From assembly GCA_040876345.1 (NCBI GenBank), contig JBBDPM010000006.1, positions 182,431 through 246,430 on the forward strand: a stretch of 64,000 bases of DNA, in the 5' to 3' direction. Position 1 is the first letter of the stretch. Each line of letters starts with the position of its first letter. The notes beneath the pieces are model-generated. The model did not search any database. It worked only from the letters and a program-made list of their open reading frames with translations, and was not told the origin of the DNA. Both the position numbers and the translations under genes were made by a program. The stretch comes from Candidatus Woykebacteria bacterium (GTDB lineage Bacteria; Patescibacteriota; Microgenomatia; Woykebacterales; RBG-16-39-9b). Shown in pieces: positions 50,401-59,234 of this stretch.

Positions 50401-50568
50401 CTGGGCTTGGGCGTATTCTATTGACTCTTTAACTTGAAAAATTGAAAAAGTCAGTGGTATTGCAAGAATTGTTAATAATGCACAGAATACGATTATAACA
50501 TCTTTTTTTCTATAAGGAGAAGTTATAGCTTCACGGCATTTTTTAATGCGGCGGTTTAATTTTTCCAT
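47467..50568 (-). CDS. NHL-repeat beta-propeller surface protein with Ig-like domains (1033 aa)
   Basis: Repeated NHRVL motifs (NHRVLKY, NHRVLRF, NHRVLRI); Ig-like module (PTVSVTSPSDGGTVSGTVAVAASAIDNTGVTKVEFYVDG); same N-terminal anchor architecture; no dockerin. Confidence 0.7.
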   Translation of the reverse strand: MEKLNRRIKKCREAITSPYRKKDVIIVFCALLTILAIPLTFSIFQVKESIEYAQAQSSLAPRGIVGDEWPDVIVGQPDFSEITPNKVVPNKLFNPHGAIIDRTSSSQRLYVFDAGNSRILGFSWDQCIASTTNPLNCTPSLVIGQPNMNSSACNGDSAFQNHPVRAAASASSLCSLNESSISIQESIMGASMAVDLVGNLYVTDYFNHRVLKYIRPFETDTVADDVWGQSDFTGNQPNKGASSPDSTSLRFDPCCVNAFLAGVDVDATGNVWIADSGNHRVLRFPAGSNTADLVLGQSGFTSRSAGSGLNRLSTPSVVRVNSSGSVYVTDEGNSRVMRFKAPFTNGMNGEIFGSGFSIPHGIDFDPTRPGKVWVANKGAHVLELWDEDTQSRILELGVRGDGNVLGDTTGSIGIDTAGNIIATAPGYDYAVYLKQDIDAGRIRYPSKQFFGTNSNSGNLMGPSDLGAQVTGVVASDNQLIVGGDGRILYWNNPISLTNGKDADGFIGYPGFSINSFSDKVNGWNPVMTADANHRLYAALGKIFAYQMPLTNKAQPLKVIGSSPGGTFTTLPVLGGGTVSLGIIWGIAATDGSEFLWVSDTDNHRVLRIRNPLTNPLVDVVLGQTSITGKQPNQSGSPSATTLGSPGALALDRLGNLFVSDHSLEVQGNFRLLVFNKDLFPTNNTSVLFAVAASKIFPDVATWKPAFDSKNQMVVGYNAYHAGSIGSPNHRFVGIYRDPLGASTAPDGSLKDFYSMAFSATFDENDNLYVADLNRGRVLIYKRPITPQDTESPTVSVTSPSDGGTVSGTVAVAASAIDNTGVTKVEFYVDGVLKAIDTASPYSYSWNTTLDSNKTYGLLIKAYDSGGNFDNSQIYTTVINYSKTLTFTPVDDATIAKSYPNTSYGSSKSLVVDYAPRRNSLLKFQVLGVVGRPITSAYLRLYCTNPGPIGGAFYKAGNWEEETITWNTAPSTGSKVASLGKVSCAKTYSINLTNVVKGDGVLSLAIASTSSDGVVYSSKESGSSFSPKLVINTK

Positions 50569-50631
50569 AGGCAGGAATTAATTAAATTATGGGTTTGTTA
50601 GGTACAAATGTCAAATTATGAAAAATTTACT

Positions 50632-51015
50632 TTAAGAGCCAATTACAAATTTTTCAAAATCTTCATCAAAAGCAAAGGATTGGTCAATATTATAATACCT
50701 CATTACAGCAAAGGAGGTACAATACGAAACATTTTTAGATTTTATTCCTTTAAAAATTTTCCAAGCCGCTCCTTCCAGATCTTCATCAATACTTATCAAC
50801 TTAATTCTAGGATCAAACTCTTCTCCGAAAGCTATCAATCTATCTTTACTTACCTTTTGAGAAATTACTGTGTAAGTTTCCGCAAGAATATAATTGGTAG
50901 TTATGAGGCTGTCTTCACGCTTTTCAAGCTGAAAGGCAACTTCGTGGGCTTTTTTATGATTTGGATCAGCTGGACTCCTGAGGGCAACGAAAGCACTAGT
51001 GTCAACAAAAATCAT
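50632..51015 (-). CDS. vapC: PIN-domain toxin VapC
   Basis: MIFVDTSAFVAL N-terminal acidic motif; 127 aa; conserved PIN acidic positions. Confidence 0.8.
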   Translation of the reverse strand: MIFVDTSAFVALRSPADPNHKKAHEVAFQLEKREDSLITTNYILAETYTVISQKVSKDRLIAFGEEFDPRIKLISIDEDLEGAAWKIFKGIKSKNVSYCTSFAVMRYYNIDQSFAFDEDFEKFVIGS

Positions 51016-51301
51016 TTCTTCTTTTTCTTATCTTGCCTATAAAGATAGCCCCCTTTAGGAGATTTCCGGCCATATAAATACTCATCGTGATTATCAGATA
51101 AATCGGCTGGGCCTTTTATCCCTTCTTGCTCTGCCTGCAGGGCGAGTTTTACTAGAAAACTAGCTCCACTACCTCCCTCTTCTTTTAACTTTACTCGACA
51201 CTTTCTCTGACAATATCAGAAACAGTTTTTTTAGTTTCTTTTGCCTCTCTTTTTAAAATCTCTAAAGTTTTTTCTGGAAAATAAAGCTGGGTTCTTTTCA
51301 T
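51012..51301 (-). pseudogene. vapB: RHH (CopG/VapB-like) antitoxin gene disrupted by a frameshift
   Basis: ATG 51301 encodes MKRTQLYFPEKTLEILKREAKETKKTVSDIVRESVE then TAA at 51191. The other frame continues ...KLKEEGGSGASFLVKLALQAEQEGIKGPADLSDNHDEYLYGRKSPKGG... and ends in TGA overlapping the vapC ATG (ATGA). Confidence 0.45.
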
Positions 51302-51373
51302 GGTGTATATAACATACACCACCATTTAGGGTTTGTCGAACACATATAGTATCGACCCCAGGGGTCAAAAAGT

Positions 51374-53266
51374 TCATGGTCGGCGTCCAAACCACCACTC
51401 AAAAATCTCTTTTGTTGCGGGGGCACTCACTTCTGAGCCGTGGCCGGCATGCTCTCCCATTACCGTGACCACTATCTCTGGATCTTCATACGGAGCAAAC
51501 CCCGTGTACCAAGCGTGGGGTCGGCTGTCGCCAGATTCGGCCGTGCCGGTTTTTCCAGCCGATTTAACCTTAAAAGAATTAAACAAATAACTAACATTTC
51601 CATCACCGACTGTGTTTTGGTACATTCCTTCCCGCACTACTTCGACAGTTTCATCATTTAAAAATTTTGGGATCAACACTGTCTCCTCACCCTTTAAAAT
51701 CGTTGGTTTCACGAGTGAGCCCCCGTTTGCGTAAAAAGCAGCGATTCTTGAGAGTTGGATTGGTGAGACCAAAAGATCCCCTTGGCCGATGGCAAGATTC
51801 AAGGTTTCTCCTGGAAACCAAATTTCGCCCTTTGTTTTTAGCTTCCACTCTGAAGACGGAACAAGACCCAAAGCTTCTCCTGGTAAGTTGACTCCGGTAG
51901 CTTCTCCAAGCGAGAATTTTTTAGCCATCTCTACAATCGCATCTTCCCCGATTTTTTGCCCCAACTTAAAGAAAAAAGTGTCGTTTGATCGGGAAAGGGC
52001 CCGAACAACGTTAATTGCACCTTCCCGGCGGTGATGATCAAGCCAAAGCCAATTGTTAAAAACTTGGTTTCCAAGCTTAATAAATCCGGTATCGACAATT
52101 TCCGTATCCTTTGTTATCGCTCCTTTCTCTAATCCGGCGGCGGCGGTAACTAATTTAAAAGTTGATCCTGGTGGGTAAGCTGCCCCAATTACTCTGGACA
52201 GAAGTGGTTTTGTCGTGTTTTTCAAAAGTCTATCGTATTCTTTCTGGGTAAGACCCGCCTCGAAAGAATTGTTGTCAAAGGCGGGTATTGAGACTAGGGC
52301 AAGGATCTCGCCAGTTTTTGGATCGATCGCAACGGCTGATCCTGCCTTGCTACCAGCTTTTTTTAACCATTTTTTGGTTATCACGTAAACTTTTTTCTGT
52401 AGCTCTATATCAATACTTATGGTGATGTCGCCCCCGGCCACAGGCTTTGTAGTTAAAAGGCTCCCCAGCTTTTTGCCAGCTGCGTCCACCTTGGCAAGAT
52501 CGTATCCATTAGCACCGCGAAGAATATTTTCAAATTCCTGCTCAACACCGGCTCTACCTACCCTATCTCCCAATTGATAGGTACTAGTTGGATTTTTAAG
52601 TTCCTCTTTTGAAACTTCGCTAGTATAACCAATTACGTGGGCTAAAATTTCTTTATAGGGGTACTCTCTTTTTGGTCGAATTTCAACCTCGACCCCAGGA
52701 ATAGCTGATGATTGAAGGCGCAGAGCTTCCTCGTGAGAAGCATCCTCCTTAATTGTTATTGGATCAGAAGATCCTGACCCTTTTTCCTTTAACTTATCTT
52801 TAATACTAGAGCCGGAAACACCAATAATTTTGGAAAGTTTATTTATAGCATCCTCCCTCTTTTCATCTGTAATAAGGCCCTCGTCCAAAGAGACGCGAAA
52901 TGTTGGAACATTTCTTGCCAAAACTTGCCCATTTCTATCGTAAATCACCCCTCGGGGGGCATGATTAGTTGTGACTTTGTACCGGTTATCTTCTGCCCTA
53001 CCCAAGAAACTATCTCCCTCAATTACCTGAAGCTCAAAGGAGCGTGAAAACAAAATTACAAACGCGAGAATAAAAGCTAAGTAAAAAAACAAACGCCGAC
53101 TACCAGAAATCTTGGTTTTTGAAATATCTAAATCTTCATCCAAAAAACCTTTTCCGATCCAGCTCTCGGCCCTTTTAAGCATTTCGTGACTAGCAGCTCT
53201 CCTTTTCGATTTGTTTTTTTGAAAATTTTCGCCAAAGAGAGGCCCCAAAAATGAGTTTTTTTTCAT
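51374..53266 (-). CDS. mrdA: Penicillin-binding protein 2 (peptidoglycan D,D-transpeptidase)
   Basis: SxxK (GSTFKL), SxN (SRSNDT), KTGT (AGKTGTAE); N-terminal TM; follows mreBCD. Confidence 0.85.
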   Translation of the reverse strand: MKKNSFLGPLFGENFQKNKSKRRAASHEMLKRAESWIGKGFLDEDLDISKTKISGSRRLFFYLAFILAFVILFSRSFELQVIEGDSFLGRAEDNRYKVTTNHAPRGVIYDRNGQVLARNVPTFRVSLDEGLITDEKREDAINKLSKIIGVSGSSIKDKLKEKGSGSSDPITIKEDASHEEALRLQSSAIPGVEVEIRPKREYPYKEILAHVIGYTSEVSKEELKNPTSTYQLGDRVGRAGVEQEFENILRGANGYDLAKVDAAGKKLGSLLTTKPVAGGDITISIDIELQKKVYVITKKWLKKAGSKAGSAVAIDPKTGEILALVSIPAFDNNSFEAGLTQKEYDRLLKNTTKPLLSRVIGAAYPPGSTFKLVTAAAGLEKGAITKDTEIVDTGFIKLGNQVFNNWLWLDHHRREGAINVVRALSRSNDTFFFKLGQKIGEDAIVEMAKKFSLGEATGVNLPGEALGLVPSSEWKLKTKGEIWFPGETLNLAIGQGDLLVSPIQLSRIAAFYANGGSLVKPTILKGEETVLIPKFLNDETVEVVREGMYQNTVGDGNVSYLFNSFKVKSAGKTGTAESGDSRPHAWYTGFAPYEDPEIVVTVMGEHAGHGSEVSAPATKEIFEWWFGRRP

Positions 53267-53267
53267 C

Positions 53268-53615
53268 TTAAAAAACCTTTGAATAAACTAAAAGTTCCCC
53301 TCTTATAATGATTTCCCAAATAATAAGAGTAAGAATTAGCATCGAAAAGCCAAAAATACCTCTTTCCGGCAAAGCTTTTTTTAGTAACATAAATGCACCA
53401 ATGCACAGACTAAAACCTATCAAAACAAGCCCAAAATTTAAATCCCCAAAAATGGCCGTGAAAAAACTTGCTCCCATTACTAAAACTAAAATTTTTCCCG
53501 ATTTAGCTTTAAAAACCCACATCGGAAGCGCCAAAAGAGTTAAATTTATTGGTAAAAACACCGTTGGAATAAGAGAAAGAAGGGCTAGTAACAGCAACTG
53601 GAGAATCCAAATCAC
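53268..53615 (-). CDS. mreD: Rod shape-determining protein MreD
   Basis: 115-aa polytopic membrane protein directly after mreC. Confidence 0.55.
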   Translation of the reverse strand: MIWILQLLLLALLSLIPTVFLPINLTLLALPMWVFKAKSGKILVLVMGASFFTAIFGDLNFGLVLIGFSLCIGAFMLLKKALPERGIFGFSMLILTLIIWEIIIRGELLVYSKVF

Positions 53616-54412
53616 GGCTCCCCCACCACAAAAACGGTTGCTAACTTGTCTACATCAAGAAGTGGTGCAATCTTAGCTTTCTGGAAGAGCTCTTTTTCCA
53701 CCTTAATAACGCTCTCTATCTCCCCCATTACTAAACCAGCCGGTATAACCCCCTCACCAACTGTCAATACAAGATCCCTCTTTTCAAGATTCTCTCCCTG
53801 AACAACTTCAGAGAGTTCAATTTCGGCTCCAAACTGGCCTTTAACTACTCCTCTCACTTTTTTGTTGGTAACAGCAGCAATACTGGAGTCAGGATCCGAG
53901 ATTAGCTCTACTGAGCTTACTCTTTCCGATGCTTCAAAAACTCTCCCGATCAAAATATTTTTCACCACCACAATCATTCCGCTCCGTACTCCGTGAACCC
54001 TACCTTTATCTATTAGCAGAAGTCTCTTGGTAGCAAGGGGCGAAAAACCAAGGGTGGAGGCTGGAATCAAACTCTCTTTTTTGAAAGCGGTTACTCCAAT
54101 TTGCGCTCTTAAGGCCTCGTTTTCCTCTTTCAGCCCCCGTAGTTCCTCATTTTCAGCCTTAAGTAGAGCATTTTCTTCGGAAAGATTCGAATTTTTGGAC
54201 CTGAGATTTTTTACATCGGCAACCGTCGAAAAGCCTTCCTTAAGTCGGTTACTAAATTTATAGGCACCTAGTTGTAACGGGACGGTGATTTTCTGAATTG
54301 GGCCTTTTACCGGGGCAAAAATGCCAAACCTTTCCAAGGGCACCAACAAAAGACCTAGGAATAAAAGTATTAAGATAATCCTAAAACTAGCAAATTTATT
54401 GGAAATCTTCAC
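53612..54412 (-). CDS. mreC: Rod shape-determining protein MreC
   Basis: N-terminal TM, coiled-coil ENALLKAENEELRGLKEENEALRAQ, beta-domain. Confidence 0.8.
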   Translation of the reverse strand: MKISNKFASFRIILILLFLGLLLVPLERFGIFAPVKGPIQKITVPLQLGAYKFSNRLKEGFSTVADVKNLRSKNSNLSEENALLKAENEELRGLKEENEALRAQIGVTAFKKESLIPASTLGFSPLATKRLLLIDKGRVHGVRSGMIVVVKNILIGRVFEASERVSSVELISDPDSSIAAVTNKKVRGVVKGQFGAEIELSEVVQGENLEKRDLVLTVGEGVIPAGLVMGEIESVIKVEKELFQKAKIAPLLDVDKLATVFVVGEP

Positions 54413-55461
54413 GGGACACCTTGAGTAATTTTAACTTTCTCAAGTAACTCCACATTGTCTAAAACTTTACCAGCACCCATAACAACAGTGGTGAGCGGGT
54501 CTTTAGTAAGAATGGTGGGTATTTTTGTTTCCTTGGAAATAAGCTCAGGTAAGCCAGAAAGCAAGGAGCCACCACCAGTCAAATAGATTCCCCGCTCGTA
54601 AATATCCGAGACAAGCTCTGGCGGAGTCTCTTCAATCGTGTCTTTAATTACCCCAATTATCGTCTGGATAGTGCTACTCAGGGCTTCTCTAATTTCGGAT
54701 GAGCCGATATTAATTGTGGCTGGCAAACCTGTGGCTAAGTCTCTTCCGCGAAGCGGCATTCTAATTTCTTCCCCAACTGGAAAAGCGGAGCCAGCTTCGA
54801 TTTTTACCTGCTCAGCAGTTTTTTCGCCAACTAAGAGATTGTAACGGGCTCTTGCATAATTAACTATATCCTGATCCATTTCATCACCGGCTATCCTCAC
54901 GGAGTGGTTGACGACTATTCCACCGAGTGAAATAACCGCAATCTCGCTGGTACCACCACCGATATCAACTATCATGTTACCAGCTGCTTCTTCGATTGGT
55001 AGCTCTGCCCCGATTGCCGCTGCCACACCCTCTTCAATGAGAAAAACCTCTCTGGCTCCTGAGTTCAAAGCAGCCTCCTGAACGGCTCGTCTCTCAACCT
55101 CGGTAACGTCCGACGGAATGCCAATTACTACTCTTGGTCTTGGAATTTTAGGTAAGCCCTGAGAGTCACCATGAACCTTTTTAATAAAATGTTTCAAAAT
55201 TGCCTCCGCTGCCTCAAGATCATTTATCACCCCATCCTTCAAGGGTTTTTGGGCCACTATTGAGGCCGGGGTTCTACCGACCATTTTTTTTGCCTCTGTC
55301 CCAATGGCCAAAACATTTTTAGTTTTTTTGTGAATTGCAACAACGGAGGGTTCGCGGATCATAATGCCTTTTCCGCGAACTAAAACGAGCGTATTTGCAG
55401 TCCCAAGATCGATTGCTAAATCGTGGGAAAATGTTCCAAAGAATTGATCAATTATAAACAT
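54409..55461 (-). CDS. mreB: Rod shape-determining protein MreB
   Basis: Actin-fold motifs DLGTANTLV, DIGGGTSE. Confidence 0.9.
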   Translation of the reverse strand: MFIIDQFFGTFSHDLAIDLGTANTLVLVRGKGIMIREPSVVAIHKKTKNVLAIGTEAKKMVGRTPASIVAQKPLKDGVINDLEAAEAILKHFIKKVHGDSQGLPKIPRPRVVIGIPSDVTEVERRAVQEAALNSGAREVFLIEEGVAAAIGAELPIEEAAGNMIVDIGGGTSEIAVISLGGIVVNHSVRIAGDEMDQDIVNYARARYNLLVGEKTAEQVKIEAGSAFPVGEEIRMPLRGRDLATGLPATINIGSSEIREALSSTIQTIIGVIKDTIEETPPELVSDIYERGIYLTGGGSLLSGLPELISKETKIPTILTKDPLTTVVMGAGKVLDNVELLEKVKITQGVP

Positions 55462-55882
55462 ACACCTGCTTTATCCCCCGTAGCTTGCTTGACCCACGAA
55501 GCTTTAGGCGAATGGGGACTGTCCTTCGTTTTTGACCTAACTTGTTAATAATGTAACACCCTAAAATTTGAATATCAACCAGCAGATTTTTGAACTAGAT
55601 CTAAACTCAGCTAAATAGGGCTAAAATAGATCATTTTTAAATTAATTGACTCTTGGTGTTACCCTATAAAAAGTTTGGCGGTTGCACGATACCGATAAAC
55701 CCCCACCAGCGCAGGAAGGAGACTTATCATGGAAGAACCAGAAACTGCGGAACAATTGCTCGAGAGGCGTCTCGATTAGATAACTGAGCAAAAGCGACAA
55801 GGACATCCTCGAGCGCTCAACCCGACCACTGCCGCTGCAAGTTGAGCTCGGCGAACTACTCGTCCAAGCCGATAAGGATCAT

Positions 55883-56176
55883 GTGAGAGAGCACTGGGCA
55901 AAAACGCTGCTTTGGTTCTTGTCCATCGCGTCACTGATGAACATCTTTGCGTGGCTGGGGCTTCCGAACCTGGATAAACTTTTCAGTGGAACGGCCTTGA
56001 TCACTAACGAAGCGGACTCAGTTGCCGCGGCAACAATAATGCCTTTCGCGATTGGCGCCATTCTTGCCTTCGCGATTTACATCCCGAGTCTGTTACCAGG
56101 AAGTGAAGGCCGACACCTTAGGCAACTACTAGCGCCGAGGGATCCCGAGAAGGAAGAGGCACCGAAGTCTGACTAA
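55883..56176 (+). CDS. Hypothetical membrane protein on GC-rich island (start uncertain, possibly frameshifted)
   Basis: Two TM helices. The reading frame is open from 55784 with no ATG. A strong AGGAAGGAG RBS precedes ATG 55729 in another frame, which encodes only 16 aa. Confidence 0.3.
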   Translation: MREHWAKTLLWFLSIASLMNIFAWLGLPNLDKLFSGTALITNEADSVAAATIMPFAIGAILAFAIYIPSLLPGSEGRHLRQLLAPRDPEKEEAPKSD

Positions 56177-56487
56177 GCCCCAAACCTAGATCAGACGCTA
56201 GTCAATACAGCCCTAGAACAGCCAACAGCAAAACCAACACAGGTCCGTGCGAGCGAACTTCGCAAGCACGGCTCTGCTCTTTCTCACTTTTTCCATCAAT
56301 TATTGATACTAATTAAAAAACTCAAAAAGCCCTGACACATAAATCAAGGCTGGCAATAACAATGAAAATATTATGACAATATATCCGATCGTAGTTTTTG
56401 TCATAATATAATCTAATACCCAGGCTAATTATAAATTTTTTGAGGGTGGTATTTTTAACTAATAATTTATGCTATTATCATCTGGAT

Positions 56488-58620
56488 ATGGATGGCCGCT
56501 CTCTTCCCGACATAGTCATCGAATACTCCTTCTACCTTCTTATCTTCCTCGTTCCTATCATTTGGCTTCCCGTAAACTACGAGCTTTTTGAGTTTAATAA
56601 GATGACGCTCACCTACATATTAGCAACGGCGATTTTTGGTGCCTGGATTTTTAAAGGAATCTCGGAGCGCAGGCTCTATATAAAAAGGACACCTTTAGAT
56701 CTAGTTTTACTTCTTTTCCTAGCTGGAAATATCCTCGCAACAATTTTTTCGAATGATCCTCACATGTCTATCTTTGGTTACTATTCAAGATTCAATGGCG
56801 GTCTTTTATCGACTGTTACCTACATTTTCCTCTACTACGCCCTTGTTACGCATCTTGACAAAGAAAAAGCGATTAAATTACTACTGGTCGGCTTTGCTTC
56901 AAGTGTTTTGGTGGCGATCTACGCTATTATCCAGCATCCAACCCCCCTCTTCCGTAACCCAGACGGTTCTTTCCGGGGTATAGACGCCGGTTACTGGGAC
57001 CAGAATGGAGAGGTTCGTGCTTTTTCTACACTCGGTCAGCCCAATTGGCTTGCAGCTTACATGGCCATGTTTTTCTTCATAGGTACATCTTTTCTTCTAA
57101 CTCTTGAGAAAAACTGGCAGAAATTACTGATTTTATCTGGTCTTGCTCTTATTTTTCTAGGATTCACTTTCACCTACTCTCGAGGCGGAACGCTCGGGTT
57201 CGTAGCGGGAGGTATATTATTTCTCATGTTACTTTTTTTAAGCAAGCCAACGTTTCTCGAAAAAATCCACGACCGAATTCTTTTTGTCAGACGACATATT
57301 AGAGTGCCAAAGCTTGGCAACGACTGGCGATGGTTTTTTGGGGTTATCGCAATAATTGTAGTGTCTAACCTAGCCTTCGGAAATGCTTTTACTAAAAGGG
57401 GCGCTGCTTTTGACGTTAGTGGCTCAGTAACTCAACTTGAAATTGAGGGTGAACAAACTGGTCAGATACGTCTTATCGTCTGGAAAGGAGCTCTTAATAC
57501 ATTCAAACACTACCCCATATTTGGTACCGGAGTCGAAACCTTTGCCGTAAGCTATTACAAATTCCGCCCGCCGGAACACAATGAGACAGGGGAGTGGGAT
57601 TTTCTTTATAACAAAGCGCATAACGAATACCTAAACTACCTATCCACCACTGGTATTGTTGGCACTCTACCATACTTAGCGTTAATTATTGCGTTCCTAT
57701 TTATAGTTGTTGGGTGGCTTTACTTCAGTACTGAGAATAAAGAAAAGTTACTTTCCCTGGGGTTAGTTTCTGCTTATGTAAGTTACCTTGTACAAAATGT
57801 CTTTGGCTTTTCCGTTGTTATCATCGCTATTTTATTTTTTCTCATCCCCGGATTTTTTTTCATAATCTCTGATTTAGAAAAAAGCAGGAACTTCGTTTTA
57901 CTATCTGAAAAAAATCTCAAACTTCTCTCCGCCCACCCATTATGGGAGTACTCTTCGAAGTTAGCTGTAGTGATATTAACAGCTGCCTTAGTACTTTTAG
58001 CAATTAATTCCTGGGTTGCGGATTACTATTTCGCTAAGGGAATCTCCGGAAATACCGCCGATGTTGTCTATACTAATCTTTCTTCCGCCACGAGACTTCG
58101 GCCTGATGAGCCGCTTTTTGTCTCCGAACTTGCCGCAGCTGAGGCAAACCTTTCTCACCAAGTTGAAGATAAAGATTTTGCAAAGAAAATGGAAGAAAAC
58201 TCCTTGAAACATATAGAAAAGGCTCTTTCAATTAGCCCAAATAACCTAGGAGTCTGGAGAAATAAATTAAGAGTGCTTTTTGAGCTTGTGAAAGTGGACC
58301 ACGACCGCTATCTACCTGATGCAATAAAAACAGCTGAAAAAGTTGGGGAGCTTGCGCCAACCGATGCGAAAACACAATACAACATAGCCCTGTTTTACCT
58401 TTTGAGAGACGATCCTGATTATGAAAAGGCTAACGATATCCTCAAGAAAGTAGTGTCTTGGAGGCCACAATATCTTGAAGCAAGGAAGCAACTTGTCGAA
58501 AATTATATAGATCAGGGAAAGAATAAAGAAGCGAAGGAACAACTTAACTATCTACTAACTGAAAACCCAGATGATGAAAAAAGCTTAAAGCTTTTAAAAC
58601 AATTAACTAAGTCAGATTAA
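56488..58620 (+). CDS. O-antigen ligase/polymerase-like polytopic membrane protein with C-terminal TPR repeats
   Basis: More than 10 TM helices (Wzy_C-like loop region), C-terminal TPR-like helical repeats. Start set to the in-frame ATG at 56488 rather than the TTG at 56440. Confidence 0.65.
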   Translation: MDGRSLPDIVIEYSFYLLIFLVPIIWLPVNYELFEFNKMTLTYILATAIFGAWIFKGISERRLYIKRTPLDLVLLLFLAGNILATIFSNDPHMSIFGYYSRFNGGLLSTVTYIFLYYALVTHLDKEKAIKLLLVGFASSVLVAIYAIIQHPTPLFRNPDGSFRGIDAGYWDQNGEVRAFSTLGQPNWLAAYMAMFFFIGTSFLLTLEKNWQKLLILSGLALIFLGFTFTYSRGGTLGFVAGGILFLMLLFLSKPTFLEKIHDRILFVRRHIRVPKLGNDWRWFFGVIAIIVVSNLAFGNAFTKRGAAFDVSGSVTQLEIEGEQTGQIRLIVWKGALNTFKHYPIFGTGVETFAVSYYKFRPPEHNETGEWDFLYNKAHNEYLNYLSTTGIVGTLPYLALIIAFLFIVVGWLYFSTENKEKLLSLGLVSAYVSYLVQNVFGFSVVIIAILFFLIPGFFFIISDLEKSRNFVLLSEKNLKLLSAHPLWEYSSKLAVVILTAALVLLAINSWVADYYFAKGISGNTADVVYTNLSSATRLRPDEPLFVSELAAAEANLSHQVEDKDFAKKMEENSLKHIEKALSISPNNLGVWRNKLRVLFELVKVDHDRYLPDAIKTAEKVGELAPTDAKTQYNIALFYLLRDDPDYEKANDILKKVVSWRPQYLEARKQLVENYIDQGKNKEAKEQLNYLLTENPDDEKSLKLLKQLTKSD

Positions 58621-58637
58621 TATATCAAAATATAAAT

Positions 58638-58961
58638 ATGACTATCAAAAGTAAACCCTATGATACAGAAAAAGCCGGGTTTAAAAAAATTGGCGACGTA
58701 ATTAAAGAGAGAATTGAGAAAAAAGGCCCAGTTTACGCAAAATATGAGTTCCAAGACTACGGCGTGAGGCTTTCGGAAGAATTGCACGACCAAAAGCACA
58801 AAGCCCTCTATATTAAATTTGCCAAAGAAAAGCCCCGCCCGCTTCTGGAAGAAGCCAGAGCGTTTGCCCGCGATTACAATACCAAATCTCTAAACCGCGG
58901 CAAAATCTTCATGTGGAAGCTAGCGGATCTTGAGAAAGGCGCAAAAACTAAAAAGCGTTAA
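58638..58961 (+). CDS. Hypothetical protein (107 aa)
   Basis: Clean ORF, Lys-rich, no motif recognised. Confidence 0.45.
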   Translation: MTIKSKPYDTEKAGFKKIGDVIKERIEKKGPVYAKYEFQDYGVRLSEELHDQKHKALYIKFAKEKPRPLLEEARAFARDYNTKSLNRGKIFMWKLADLEKGAKTKKR

Positions 58962-59234
58962 AGAGCACGACCCTACTCCTAGAGTCACGCTCCCTCCCAA
59001 GAAAACCTTGCTTCGACAAACTCAGGATAAACAAGATTTGCTTAGGGAATAGAACCGCCTAAGGCCAGATTGCGGTTCTCACTATTTACTGCTGGCACAG
59101 TTTCCCTACTCGCCGGCGATGCCAGTATCGCTGACAGAGATATTGTTAACCTCAACCCGACAAAATTCCTGGATCGTCTCGAGGACCAGATGTTCGACCA
59201 GCCTGTTGAAGGGGTCGAACAGCCCAAAGGCTGA

